Virus record (IMG/VR): IMGVR_UViG_2660238462_000002 | Length of the DNA stretch: 14,514 bases | Source of the DNA: a virus | Lineage: Duplodnaviria > Heunggongvirae > Uroviricota > Caudoviricetes | Reading direction: 5' to 3' (one strand) | Part shown: positions 1 to 7,428 of the stretch, in pieces | Layout of the letters: each line of letters starts with the position of its first letter | Numbering within the stretch: position 1 is the first letter of the stretch | Program-made: the position numbers and the translations under genes | The notes under the pieces: generated by a model | Databases searched by the model: none | The model's input: only the letters and a program-made list of their open reading frames with translations | Told to the model about the DNA's origin: nothing

Positions 1-1
1 A

Positions 2-1297
2 TTAATTTTTCATTGCTTCGTTATGGGGCATGGTTGGGGCAAACTCGCTTAACTGTGTATTTAACAAAGCTACCTGTGCATTATTGTTTTCAGACATCCA
101 TTTTCCGTATACCTGAAATACCATTTGCGCATCTGCATGGCCCATCTGGTTTGCTATAAATGCCGGGTTAGCACCAGCTGTCAGCGACCAGCAGGCATAA
201 GTATGTCTCGACTGATATGATTTTCGATGGCGGAGTCCGGCACGTTTTATCGCTGCGTCCCACATCTGCCTTATTGAGTCAACGGTAAAATGGTCACCAT
301 AATTTTTTACTCTCGCTGACACTTCAGGTTGAAAAACAAAGGTGCATTTATGTTTTTCTGTTCTGCCATACTCTCTGAGGTGAACATCAATGATATGCTC
401 TTTGCTCAGTCTCGTTAATGTCATCTGACTCCGGAGAGCGTCGATTGCTGGCTTAATAAGATGAATGACCCGATTGGTTCCCGCCTGTGTTTTTGGTACC
501 GTGAAACGGTCTTTTGCTAAATTTCTCCTGATCATCATTGTTCCATTTTTCAGATCTATGTCCTCCCATCCAAGTGCACACAGCTCACCAGGGCGAACGC
601 CAGTATAAACAGAAACACACCATAAATTTTTGGCTTGCTGATTTCTGCACGCATCGATAAGACGGATGAATTCCTCCCGCGAAAGAGGATCCGGAATGGT
701 TCTTGATTCCTTTAATGGCGAGATCCCCTTAAACGGGTTATCTGCCAGGTAACCGTTATCAACACCAAACTGGAACACGGCGTTAAGATTTGTCATGTAA
801 TTATTTACAGTTACAGCCGATCTCCCTGGTTGTGTAACAATATAGTTACTTTTGGGGATCTGGTATCCAGTCAGTAGCTCTTTACGAACCTCCAGTAATT
901 TTTCTTTATTAATCGATGAGGCAAGATTTTTTTCACCGATTATGCTCAGGATATTTTTGATGACGGCACGGTATGTGTTGAGTGATGTTTTTGCGACTTC
1001 AGTTTCTTTCAGTGCCAGAAATTTTTCAGCCAGTTCTTTTATGGTTAAATCTTGTCGGGTCTCACCAAATTTTTCCAGATTGCGTGAGGAGGGAAACTGT
1101 TTTGCATAGTCGAAAACACCAGTTTTTATTGCGTAACAAACAGAGGCGCGTAGCTCACCTGCAACGCGCCTGTTTTTTGCTGTGTCAGGAACCCCCAGGT
1201 TTTCCCTGACTCTTACGCCTTTATAAACAAACCAGATACGTAATTTCCCTCCATGGTTTTCCACGCCTGTCGGATATTTCATTTCAATTTCTCTCAT
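2..1297 (-). CDS. int: Tyrosine recombinase / phage integrase (IntR/IntS-like)
   Basis: 431-aa ORF whose C-terminal region carries a tyrosine-recombinase-like signature (RHTYACW, ANQMGHAD), and whose N-terminus (KYPTGVE...LRIWF) resembles the Rac/CPS-53 integrase family. Sits directly downstream of an excisionase-like gene. True start may be the ATG at 1282 (MKYPTG...). Confidence 0.9.
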   Translation of the reverse strand: MREIEMKYPTGVENHGGKLRIWFVYKGVRVRENLGVPDTAKNRRVAGELRASVCYAIKTGVFDYAKQFPSSRNLEKFGETRQDLTIKELAEKFLALKETEVAKTSLNTYRAVIKNILSIIGEKNLASSINKEKLLEVRKELLTGYQIPKSNYIVTQPGRSAVTVNNYMTNLNAVFQFGVDNGYLADNPFKGISPLKESRTIPDPLSREEFIRLIDACRNQQAKNLWCVSVYTGVRPGELCALGWEDIDLKNGTMMIRRNLAKDRFTVPKTQAGTNRVIHLIKPAIDALRSQMTLTRLSKEHIIDVHLREYGRTEKHKCTFVFQPEVSARVKNYGDHFTVDSIRQMWDAAIKRAGLRHRKSYQSRHTYACWSLTAGANPAFIANQMGHADAQMVFQVYGKWMSENNNAQVALLNTQLSEFAPTMPHNEAMKN

Positions 1298-1316
1298 TAG
1301 TTAGTGTGGCTTTTAG

Positions 1317-1568
1317 TCAAGTAAGATGACGTCTTGGTCTTGCTGATGCCTGGCGCTCAATCCAGCGATCAATTTCTTCCAGGTTGTAAAAGCATGGACT
1401 GTTATCCCATGGCATACCGTCATGAGCGACATGCTTATATTCCCTTCCTTCCATAAACGATTTTTCCCGGGCCTTTTTTAACGTACCTTTTTTTATTCCT
1501 TTCAGCGCAATTAACTGCTCTTCGGATACCCATTTGCCGGGAGAGACAATCATGATTACTTCGCTCAT
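1317..1568 (-). CDS. xis: Excisionase-like protein (Xis)
   Basis: 83-aa ORF immediately upstream of int on the same strand, 19 bp spacing; size and position typical of lambdoid xis. Confidence 0.7.
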   Translation of the reverse strand: MSEVIMIVSPGKWVSEEQLIALKGIKKGTLKKAREKSFMEGREYKHVAHDGMPWDNSPCFYNLEEIDRWIERQASARPRRHLT

Positions 1569-1640
1569 CGATTTCTTTATCTCTTACATCAGACGAGCGC
1601 CGGTTGCAGAATACCAGTCACAACCGGCGACAGTTGAACA

Positions 1641-4112
1641 TTAAGAATCAGCCTGACTCGGGATCAGTTTTTGCCAGATAACTGAAACGTATTTTGCCTG
1701 GTAACGGGCGTCATCAAGTGCATTATGGCGCTCACCTTCGAATGGAATAGCCGTTCTGGCATCGAAGTCTATGGCTTTCCCCAGCTCAACGATTGTGCGT
1801 ACATCGCGATCGTTGTAGTAACGCCACGGGCAGGGGATCCCCTGCCGTTCGTATGAACGGCGCAAAATCGTGTTGTCGAAGTTGGCTCCATTTCCCCAGA
1901 CCTGAACAAAAAATTCACCGGAGTTTTCGTCGATAAATTCCCACAATTGTAACAGTGCATCATCTAACGGGATTTCATCGGTCATAATGGCAGATTGCGC
2001 TTCGCGTGATTGCTTAAGCCACCATTTAATGGTGTCCCGATCAATGACTCCGCCAGCAGTTTCCAGATCGATAGTCTTACTAAATTCCGGTCCCATATCT
2101 CCGGTTTGCGGATCGAAAAATATTGCACCTATTGAGATGATCGGGGCATCAGGATTTTTTCCCATGGTTTCAAGGTCGATCATTAGATGGTCACACGTCC
2201 TGCTGGTGGATGTGATTTCTTGATGACCGTTCACCTTAATTGAGTGATCTGCCGTCTCGCCAGTTTCATTATCGCTATCGTGATGCTGATTGCCGCCAGT
2301 GTTCTCCTTGTGTGGATGTTCAGCGCCTTCCATTTCCTCCGGATCATCTTCCTGAACTTCAATCTGATACTCTTCATCGAATGTTTCCTGGTATGTTGCG
2401 TCGCCCATTACCGCGCCACAATCAGGGCAGTTGCCGCCGCCGGTCTGACCGCAGGCGGTGCAGACTTTTTCCACTTCCTGTTGCGCCACTGATTCAGGCT
2501 GTTTCGTTTCTGGCTCGTTTTGTAACGCATTTGGGCTGTTTTGTTCCGCTTTTTGGTAGTTCCGTTCCGATTCATGCTGGTTCTGGTTCACAGAATCGCG
2601 GGTCTGGATCCCCTTAACCCATTTCGGATCATTCGGGTCACTAATCCCTTCAACAAATTCACCACGTGATGCAGCAAGCAACTTATCGGCGTCAGGCTGG
2701 ATGATATTGGCTGCCTGCATAATTTTGTTTACTTCGTCAGCGGTAACTTTTATCGGCTCTGGTTGTTCTGAATCTTCAGCGGTATCTACATTTTGCGGTA
2801 AGCCCGTGTATGTGCCATTTTTTCGGGCAAAATATTCTTCTTTTGTGATTTCAGTGGCGCCAGCAGCCAGTGCCTTATCCAGACCAGAAAGTTTGTTTGC
2901 GCGACCGTATTTTTCTCCGTCCTTATCTGCGAAGAGGAAATAGAACGGCCCCTCACGCTCTACAGATGGTTCAGCTTCCGGCGCGGTTTCATTTTTTGGG
3001 ATATCAGATACCTCAGTTTCCACTGCATCAGTTTGTGTTTCTGATGACTGGAGAACATCAACAGTGCCCAGGTCTGTTTCTTCATTCTCAAACACGCCCT
3101 TTGTCGTCAGGTATTCGCAGATATATTTGTTCAGTGCTACGGGATCTTTGTGAATGTCGATCGGACGCTCACGGACAAGGCCAAAAATAGTTTGGCGGTC
3201 GTAGCGAAGGGCATCAGGCTGTTTGCGCATTGATGCCGAGATACGCTTCCAGTCTTCGCGGTCGTTGTCGATAACTTCATTTTTTGCCCAGCGATGGATG
3301 CTGCCGTCAATGTTTCCGGCATCCACATCACCAGGCCAGAGAGCGTAGGCCAGTTCGTCATCCAGTGTTTTCCATGTCTGCTTGTATTCGCGATGAATGG
3401 CAGCAATGACCGGGCTGATTTTTCCTGTTGAATTTTCAGTGTACTGTTGATTGGCTCTGGCGCGGGCGAGATCAACAACAGACGTGTATTTTCCGGTTTC
3501 CTTGCGTTCACCTTCGCGACGTTTTTTCCAGATGCGCATCTCTGCCTGAATTTCGGGCCATTTAGCACCAGGAATACATTTATGCTTAACCCACCCAATG
3601 GCGTGCAACTTAAGCTCCGGATACATGGCGTTAACTTCTGGCATTTTCATCAACGCTTCAACGATATGTCCGTCGAATGTTGCCATGTCTTCCTGCAACA
3701 ATTCCTGTGCGCTAATAACCATATCAACGGTGATGTTTTCACATGTGTCGAACTTAACCATGACAGCGTTCTGTACTTCAGGGGCCAGCTTGTCAAAAGT
3801 GACGTTCATCGGATCGGATTCAGTCTCAACCGGGACAAAAGAAGCAGACTCCTCATCCCAGCGGTTTTCCTGCATATATTCAGCATCCCATGAATCGAGG
3901 GCAGGGCGGGGTATGCCAGGTTTATCCTCGCAGACAATAAATTTATAAGCGCAGTCCTGAGCAGCCGGATAATGTTCCAGGAATTGCCAGTGAAATTTTG
4001 CTCGAGCACGGCGTTCGTCGCCAGCTTCAATGGCTGTGGCTACAGCCACAGCGCCTTCTTCCCTTGTTGCCAGTTCGTCAGGAATAGCGGCGCAAATAAA
4101 GACTTTACTCAT
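1641..4112 (-). CDS. Large prophage exonuclease-like protein (823 aa) with C-terminal DEDDh 3'-5' exonuclease domain; of the kind often annotated exodeoxyribonuclease VIII
   Basis: C-terminal motifs HLMIDLETMG (Exo I), VWGNGANFDNTIL (Exo II) and HNALDDARY (Exo III). Central CTACGQ...CPDCG zinc-ribbon motif flanked by highly acidic low-complexity sequence. Start chosen at ATG 4112 (MSKVF...) because GAGG lies 9 nt upstream; the ORF track start at 4148 has no ribosome-binding site. Confidence 0.8.
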   Translation of the reverse strand: MSKVFICAAIPDELATREEGAVAVATAIEAGDERRARAKFHWQFLEHYPAAQDCAYKFIVCEDKPGIPRPALDSWDAEYMQENRWDEESASFVPVETESDPMNVTFDKLAPEVQNAVMVKFDTCENITVDMVISAQELLQEDMATFDGHIVEALMKMPEVNAMYPELKLHAIGWVKHKCIPGAKWPEIQAEMRIWKKRREGERKETGKYTSVVDLARARANQQYTENSTGKISPVIAAIHREYKQTWKTLDDELAYALWPGDVDAGNIDGSIHRWAKNEVIDNDREDWKRISASMRKQPDALRYDRQTIFGLVRERPIDIHKDPVALNKYICEYLTTKGVFENEETDLGTVDVLQSSETQTDAVETEVSDIPKNETAPEAEPSVEREGPFYFLFADKDGEKYGRANKLSGLDKALAAGATEITKEEYFARKNGTYTGLPQNVDTAEDSEQPEPIKVTADEVNKIMQAANIIQPDADKLLAASRGEFVEGISDPNDPKWVKGIQTRDSVNQNQHESERNYQKAEQNSPNALQNEPETKQPESVAQQEVEKVCTACGQTGGGNCPDCGAVMGDATYQETFDEEYQIEVQEDDPEEMEGAEHPHKENTGGNQHHDSDNETGETADHSIKVNGHQEITSTSRTCDHLMIDLETMGKNPDAPIISIGAIFFDPQTGDMGPEFSKTIDLETAGGVIDRDTIKWWLKQSREAQSAIMTDEIPLDDALLQLWEFIDENSGEFFVQVWGNGANFDNTILRRSYERQGIPCPWRYYNDRDVRTIVELGKAIDFDARTAIPFEGERHNALDDARYQAKYVSVIWQKLIPSQADS

Positions 4113-4204
4113 TTGTTTTAACCTCATGACAGATTTAAGGATGAACAAATCCCTGCCATTGCTGGCATATAAGAATGAAACCGGATATTTATTACGGAAC
4201 TGTT

Positions 4205-4396
4205 TTAAAGACCTGCCGGGATTTCGATATTATCCTGGTGAATAACTTTATCGACCGGGTAACAGTTACCGGGAATTTTCTGTTCGGTTGCTGCAGTCAT
4301 ACACTCCTGCATTGTCCTGTGAACACTGACTGCAATATCAACTGGCTCTCCGGAAACAAGAAAAACTGTCAGAACAAGCACAAATGCTGAATTCAT
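4205..4396 (-). CDS. ydfD: Small secreted/membrane protein with N-terminal signal peptide (63 aa), YdfD-like by position
   Basis: MNSAFVLVLTVFLVSG hydrophobic N-terminus; AAGGA 8 nt upstream of ATG 4396; start overlaps the dicB-like stop. Gene symbol is by position downstream of dicB as in Qin. Confidence 0.55.
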   Translation of the reverse strand: MNSAFVLVLTVFLVSGEPVDIAVSVHRTMQECMTAATEQKIPGNCYPVDKVIHQDNIEIPAGL

Positions 4397-4581
4397 TGTG
4401 CACATCCTTTTGGCATCAGACGTAAACGAGCCAGCATTGAAACAATGCATATTTTATTTAATAGCTCCCGTTCTTGTTTTCTCTTGTTAATGGCATCTTC
4501 AGTAAATACTGGGTTACTGATAGTGACACCAATTTCAAAACAACCTTCAGACGTATTAACGTTTGGTAATAACGTTTTCAT
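4393..4581 (-). CDS. dicB: Cell division inhibitor DicB-like (62 aa)
   Basis: Translation MKTLLPNVNTSEGCFEIGVTISNPVFTEDAINKRKQERELLNKICIVSMLARLRLMPKGCAQ matches my recollection of Qin DicB. GAGGA 8 nt upstream of ATG 4581. Lies just downstream of a DicF-like sRNA. The longer ORF starting at 4686 is rejected. Confidence 0.75.
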   Translation of the reverse strand: MKTLLPNVNTSEGCFEIGVTISNPVFTEDAINKRKQERELLNKICIVSMLARLRLMPKGCAQ

Positions 4582-4755
4582 TATCGCGTCCTCAACAATG
4601 AATTTTGTGATGCAGTGCCTGGTGCCTCCAGGTGACGTTAACCAGTTAACAATTAACGCCGGATACAGAGAATCCACCCATAACACTGTTTTTGGTTTTA
4701 ACTGTTCCGCGTGCGCTCAGCCGCATTCACCACATCACAAAATTCACTTTAAAAA

Positions 4756-4808
4756 GGGCGGCAGAGCAGTCACGGAGTAAAACTGATACCGCCAAACGTC
4801 ACCAGAAA
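4756..4808 (-). ncRNA. dicF: DicF-like small regulatory RNA (about 53 nt) with intrinsic terminator hairpin and U-tract
   Basis: Minus-strand sequence TTTCTGGTGACGTTTGGCGGTATCAGTTTTACTCCGTGACTGCTCTGCCGCCC followed by TTTTT matches recalled DicF. The 3' hairpin GGGCGGCAGAGCAG/CTGCTCTGCCGCCC is followed by the U-run at plus 4751-4755. Context is between ydfC-like and dicB-like genes, as in Qin. Confidence 0.7.
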
Positions 4809-5148
4809 ATTGATAACAGAGGGCGTTGCAGCGGGGTTGTCACTTAAGCGTATGGTCAACCTGACAACCCGGTGTCCTCAACGGGGAAGAAATAACCCCG
4901 CCATACTTACCGCCGCACCATTTCGCGGGTTGCCACAACCGGAAGCGCACGGTCGACGAAAATTTAACGACAGGCTATCTATGAACCAGCTACCTCGCCG
5001 TGCGCTTTCGCGTTATGGTCTGACTTTTCAGGGAAATATCCTTTCAGTAAACTGTCAGTGCCGGATGCTCACCCGTGTCCGGCGCACGCACTCCACCTCA
5101 CCCGTGGAGAACTCCTTAATTACCAACCTTAGCTTCGTTGGTTAGCTA

Positions 5149-5367
5149 TTAACGCGGGTATGTAATCATTCTGGCAATGCTTAATGCCGCTGCTTTTTCC
5201 AGATTGGTGATATCCTGCTCCAGAGCGGACAGATTTTCAGCCTGCTTAGCCCTGGCTTCATTGGCCCATTTCAGATCCTGCGCTGCATTAATTTTCTGGC
5301 GCATCCACTCATAAAGTTCATCATCGGTATAGTCTGGCGCGATGATGACGGGTTCTCGTTTCTGCAT
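5149..5367 (-). CDS. ydfC: Small hypothetical prophage protein (72 aa), YdfC-like by size and position
   Basis: ORF with GAGGA 9 nt upstream of ATG 5367; first gene upstream of the DicF spacer in the leftward operon. Confidence 0.5.
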   Translation of the reverse strand: MQKREPVIIAPDYTDDELYEWMRQKINAAQDLKWANEARAKQAENLSALEQDITNLEKAAALSIARMITYPR

Positions 5368-5396
5368 ACTGATTCCTCGCGGTGCTGTTTCGCTTA

Positions 5397-5525
5397 TCAG
5401 CCGTTAGATTTTGCCGAACTGGAAAGCGCCTGTTTAAATTCGTTGAAGCTGTGAGCTTCTTCGCCTTCGGCAAGGCCTTCGAAGTATTCTTCGTAAGCCT
5501 TTTCCATGATTGTGTCAAAATCCAT
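5397..5525 (-). CDS. ydfB: Small acidic hypothetical protein (42 aa), YdfB-like by size and position
   Basis: Hand-translated: MDFDTIMEKAYEEYFEGLAEGEEAHSFNEFKQALSSSAKSNG, stop TGA at 5397-5399. AGGTGA 6 nt upstream of the ATG. Absent from the ORF track because it is under 60 aa. Confidence 0.5.
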   Translation of the reverse strand: MDFDTIMEKAYEEYFEGLAEGEEAHSFNEFKQALSSSAKSNG

Positions 5526-5526
5526 A

Positions 5527-5763
5527 TCACTCACCTGAGTTTCTTTCCAGCCAGCGACGGGCACCATTTTCGGTTTTAAACGTTTTGCTTTTGGTATACG
5601 TCATTGCGGTGAAGGTGCCGTCCTGGTTTGGAAACACGCCGTACACCAGAGATTCGTTGTTGCCAAGATCGATAGTATCCATGCTGACCTCATTTCCCCT
5701 TAACGCCGGGGTAGCGGAACAAAAACCTGCTGCATAGTTATTAAAGTTGAACCCTGCCGTCAT
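5527..5763 (-). CDS. ydfA: Small hypothetical protein, first gene of the leftward operon (YdfA-like by position); 78 aa from ATG 5763 or 51 aa from ATG 5682
   Basis: Both candidate starts have GAGG 7-8 nt upstream. Stop is immediately adjacent to the ydfB-like start (TGA-T-ATG). Confidence 0.45.
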   Translation of the reverse strand: MTAGFNFNNYAAGFCSATPALRGNEVSMDTIDLGNNESLVYGVFPNQDGTFTAMTYTKSKTFKTENGARRWLERNSGE

Positions 5764-5974
5764 GTTCTTACGCCTCGGGCTGGCTACTTAACCCCTGACC
5801 ACTGCCTGGTAACTCGAAGTATTGCCCTGCATTCTGTAGGATGGGGTGAGGGAATGAATGAAGTTTAGAAAGACGAACTTTCCAGGTCAATGTTTTTTTA
5901 TCAAAACATTTTAAGCAGGCAGCTGTTAAGCCATCACCACGATGGCATACAGTTAATCAAATAGATGAGGTTGG
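5764..5974 (-). promoter_or_regulatory. Leftward early promoter/operator region (pL / dicB-operon promoter analogue) between repressor stop and first leftward gene
   Basis: 211-bp ORF-free AT-rich spacer containing TTTTAA-type motifs also present in the cI-cro intergenic region. Position is equivalent to the DicA-controlled dicB promoter in Qin. Exact promoter elements not resolved. Confidence 0.4.
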
Positions 5975-6613
5975 TTAAATATCTTGTTGAATTTTAAAGC
6001 ATACGCCCAATATGCAAGATAGATCATCCAGCATAATTGAAGGGTAGCGAGGATTCGTGGGGACTAAAAGAATATCCGGCCCTTCTATCTCCAGTTTACG
6101 AATGACAGGTGTTGTGGTCCCTTTGGGTAAGGCAAGGACAATATTTCCTGGTTGTACGGTTCGATCGGGATCAACAAAAACTGTTGAACCATTTGGGATG
6201 GAAACTCCCCCACCAGATGTTGACATACTGTCACTCTCTAGAACAACTGCAAAGGTATTGACCGGGATTTCTCCGACAAGCTGCACACAAGAGGTTATTG
6301 AGGAATTTTTCATATAATCACTCCAGCTTGCTGCCTGCTGAAGTGATAGTAGCGGAACCGTTTTTATCGGCGGTAAAGATAGATCAAGCGAATCACCTGT
6401 ATTTAACTCTCCTCCATTAAGAAGCCAATTTTCGTTTACTTTCAATATTTTTGCCAGTGAACTTATGTAACGCGAGGACGGCGCTCCTCCACCGTTCATC
6501 CATTGACTTACGGAGCCTTTTGATGCGCCAGTGCCATTGACAAGGTCTTTGCCTTTCAGGTTTAGCGCATGCATACGTTGGGTTATGCGTTCAGATATAG
6601 TTTGCTTGCTCAT
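5975..6613 (-). CDS. CI-type prophage repressor (HTH N-terminus plus LexA/S24 peptidase-like C-terminus), 212 aa
   Basis: N-terminal helix-turn-helix region (QRMHALNLKGKDLV...GSVSQW), C-terminal S24-like region (ESDSMSTSGG ... IRKLE). Divergent from a Cro-like gene. Confidence 0.85.
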   Translation of the reverse strand: MSKQTISERITQRMHALNLKGKDLVNGTGASKGSVSQWMNGGGAPSSRYISSLAKILKVNENWLLNGGELNTGDSLDLSLPPIKTVPLLSLQQAASWSDYMKNSSITSCVQLVGEIPVNTFAVVLESDSMSTSGGGVSIPNGSTVFVDPDRTVQPGNIVLALPKGTTTPVIRKLEIEGPDILLVPTNPRYPSIMLDDLSCILGVCFKIQQDI

Positions 6614-6704
6614 GTTTTGATTTTAAAACACAGATGGTTTTGTTTCTTGACTTTCTTTGGTTTTGATTATTAAACTTTTGACGTTCAGTTTTATGGAGCG
6701 ACTC
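6614..6704. promoter_or_regulatory. Immunity region intergenic: divergent pRM/pR-like promoters and operators
   Basis: 91-bp spacer between divergent repressor and Cro-like genes. TTGACT at 6647-6652 followed 15-17 bp later by TATTAA/TTAAAC. Repeated GTTTTGATT motifs at 6614 and 6660. Confidence 0.5.
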
Positions 6705-6935
6705 ATGAAAAAATCAGAAGTATTAGGCTATTTTGGCGGAGTTGTTAAAACAGCCGCAGCTCTAGGAACGTCAAAAACCACAGTCAGCATGTGGGGGGAA
6801 GAGGTTCCGTGGAAATGGGCGTTGCTAATTCAGGCAGTCACTGCCGGGGCGCTCAAATATGAGTTACACATACCGACGGTTGTCATTCCCGGTTCTGATC
6901 ATAATCCGCCTTCTAACCAAGGGGGGGATTCATGA
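6705..6935 (+). CDS. Cro/YdaS-like HTH regulator (76 aa)
   Basis: MKKSEVLGYFGGVVKTAAALGTSKTTVSMW is a typical Cro/YdaS-type HTH. GGAG 6 nt upstream of ATG 6705. Stop overlaps the next gene start (ATGA). Confidence 0.75.
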   Translation: MKKSEVLGYFGGVVKTAAALGTSKTTVSMWGEEVPWKWALLIQAVTAGALKYELHIPTVVIPGSDHNPPSNQGGDS

Positions 6936-7357
6936 AAATCAAGCATGAACACATCCGCATGGCGATGAATGCCTGGGCGCATCCGGACGGCGAAAAAGTA
7001 CCGGCTGCGAAAATTACCAAAGCGTATTTCGAGCTGGGAATGACGTTCCCGGAACTGTATGACGACAGCCATCCGGAAGCCCTGGCTCGCAATACCCAGA
7101 AAATTTTCCGCTGGGTAGAGAAAGACACCCCTGATGCAGTTGAAAAAATTCAGGCGTTGTTACCAGCGATCGAAAAGGCAATGCCACCTTTGCTGGTGGC
7201 CAGAATGCGCAGCCACAGTTCAGCTTATTTTCGGGAGCTGGTGGAGACGCGGGAGCGACTGGTGAGAGACGCTGATGATTTTGTCGCAGTGGCAATCGCC
7301 GGTTTCAATCAGATGAACCGTGGTGGCCCGGCAGGAAATGCTGTGGCAGTACATTGA
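6932..7357 (+). CDS. YdaT-like / CII-like regulatory protein (141 aa)
   Basis: N-terminus MKIKHEHI... and size match the YdaT family as I recall it from Rac. Translationally coupled to the Cro-like gene. Confidence 0.65.
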   Translation: MKIKHEHIRMAMNAWAHPDGEKVPAAKITKAYFELGMTFPELYDDSHPEALARNTQKIFRWVEKDTPDAVEKIQALLPAIEKAMPPLLVARMRSHSSAYFRELVETRERLVRDADDFVAVAIAGFNQMNRGGPAGNAVAVH

Positions 7358-7428
7358 CTGACAATAGCCATATCGAATCGCTTCCGGCAACTCGTGAGTA
7401 AAAAGATTCGGTATCAGAAGAGGTGAGT

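Noticed and set aside
852-1209. Plus-strand ORFs (85 and 75 aa) inside the integrase gene
   Set aside because: Antisense to a well-supported integrase CDS, with low-complexity translations and no ribosome-binding sites.
1987-3948. Multiple plus-strand ORFs (78-148 aa) and nested minus-strand ORFs inside the exonuclease gene
   Set aside because: All are embedded in, or antisense to, the 823-aa exonuclease CDS; translations are Ser/Cys/Arg-rich and not protein-like.
1641-4148. ORF-track start of the exonuclease gene at 4148 (MFILKSVMRLKQ extension)
   Set aside because: No ribosome-binding site; the ATG at 4112 has GAGG 9 nt upstream.
4393-4686. Longer 97-aa version of the dicB-like ORF starting at 4686
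   Set aside because: No SD at the upstream ATG, whereas the internal ATG at 4581 has GAGGA at optimal spacing and gives the 62-aa DicB-like product.
4810-5145. 111-aa plus-strand ORF (Arg-rich) inside the ydfC-dicB spacer
   Set aside because: No ribosome-binding site and an arginine-rich low-complexity translation. The region is better explained as the structured untranslated precursor containing the DicF-like sRNA on the opposite strand.
5321-5579. ORFs 5321-5530 (minus, 69 aa) and 5382-5579 (plus, 65 aa) overlapping the ydfB/ydfC-like genes
   Set aside because: Out-of-frame overlaps with better-supported, SD-preceded small genes (5149-5367 and 5397-5525); basic low-complexity translations.
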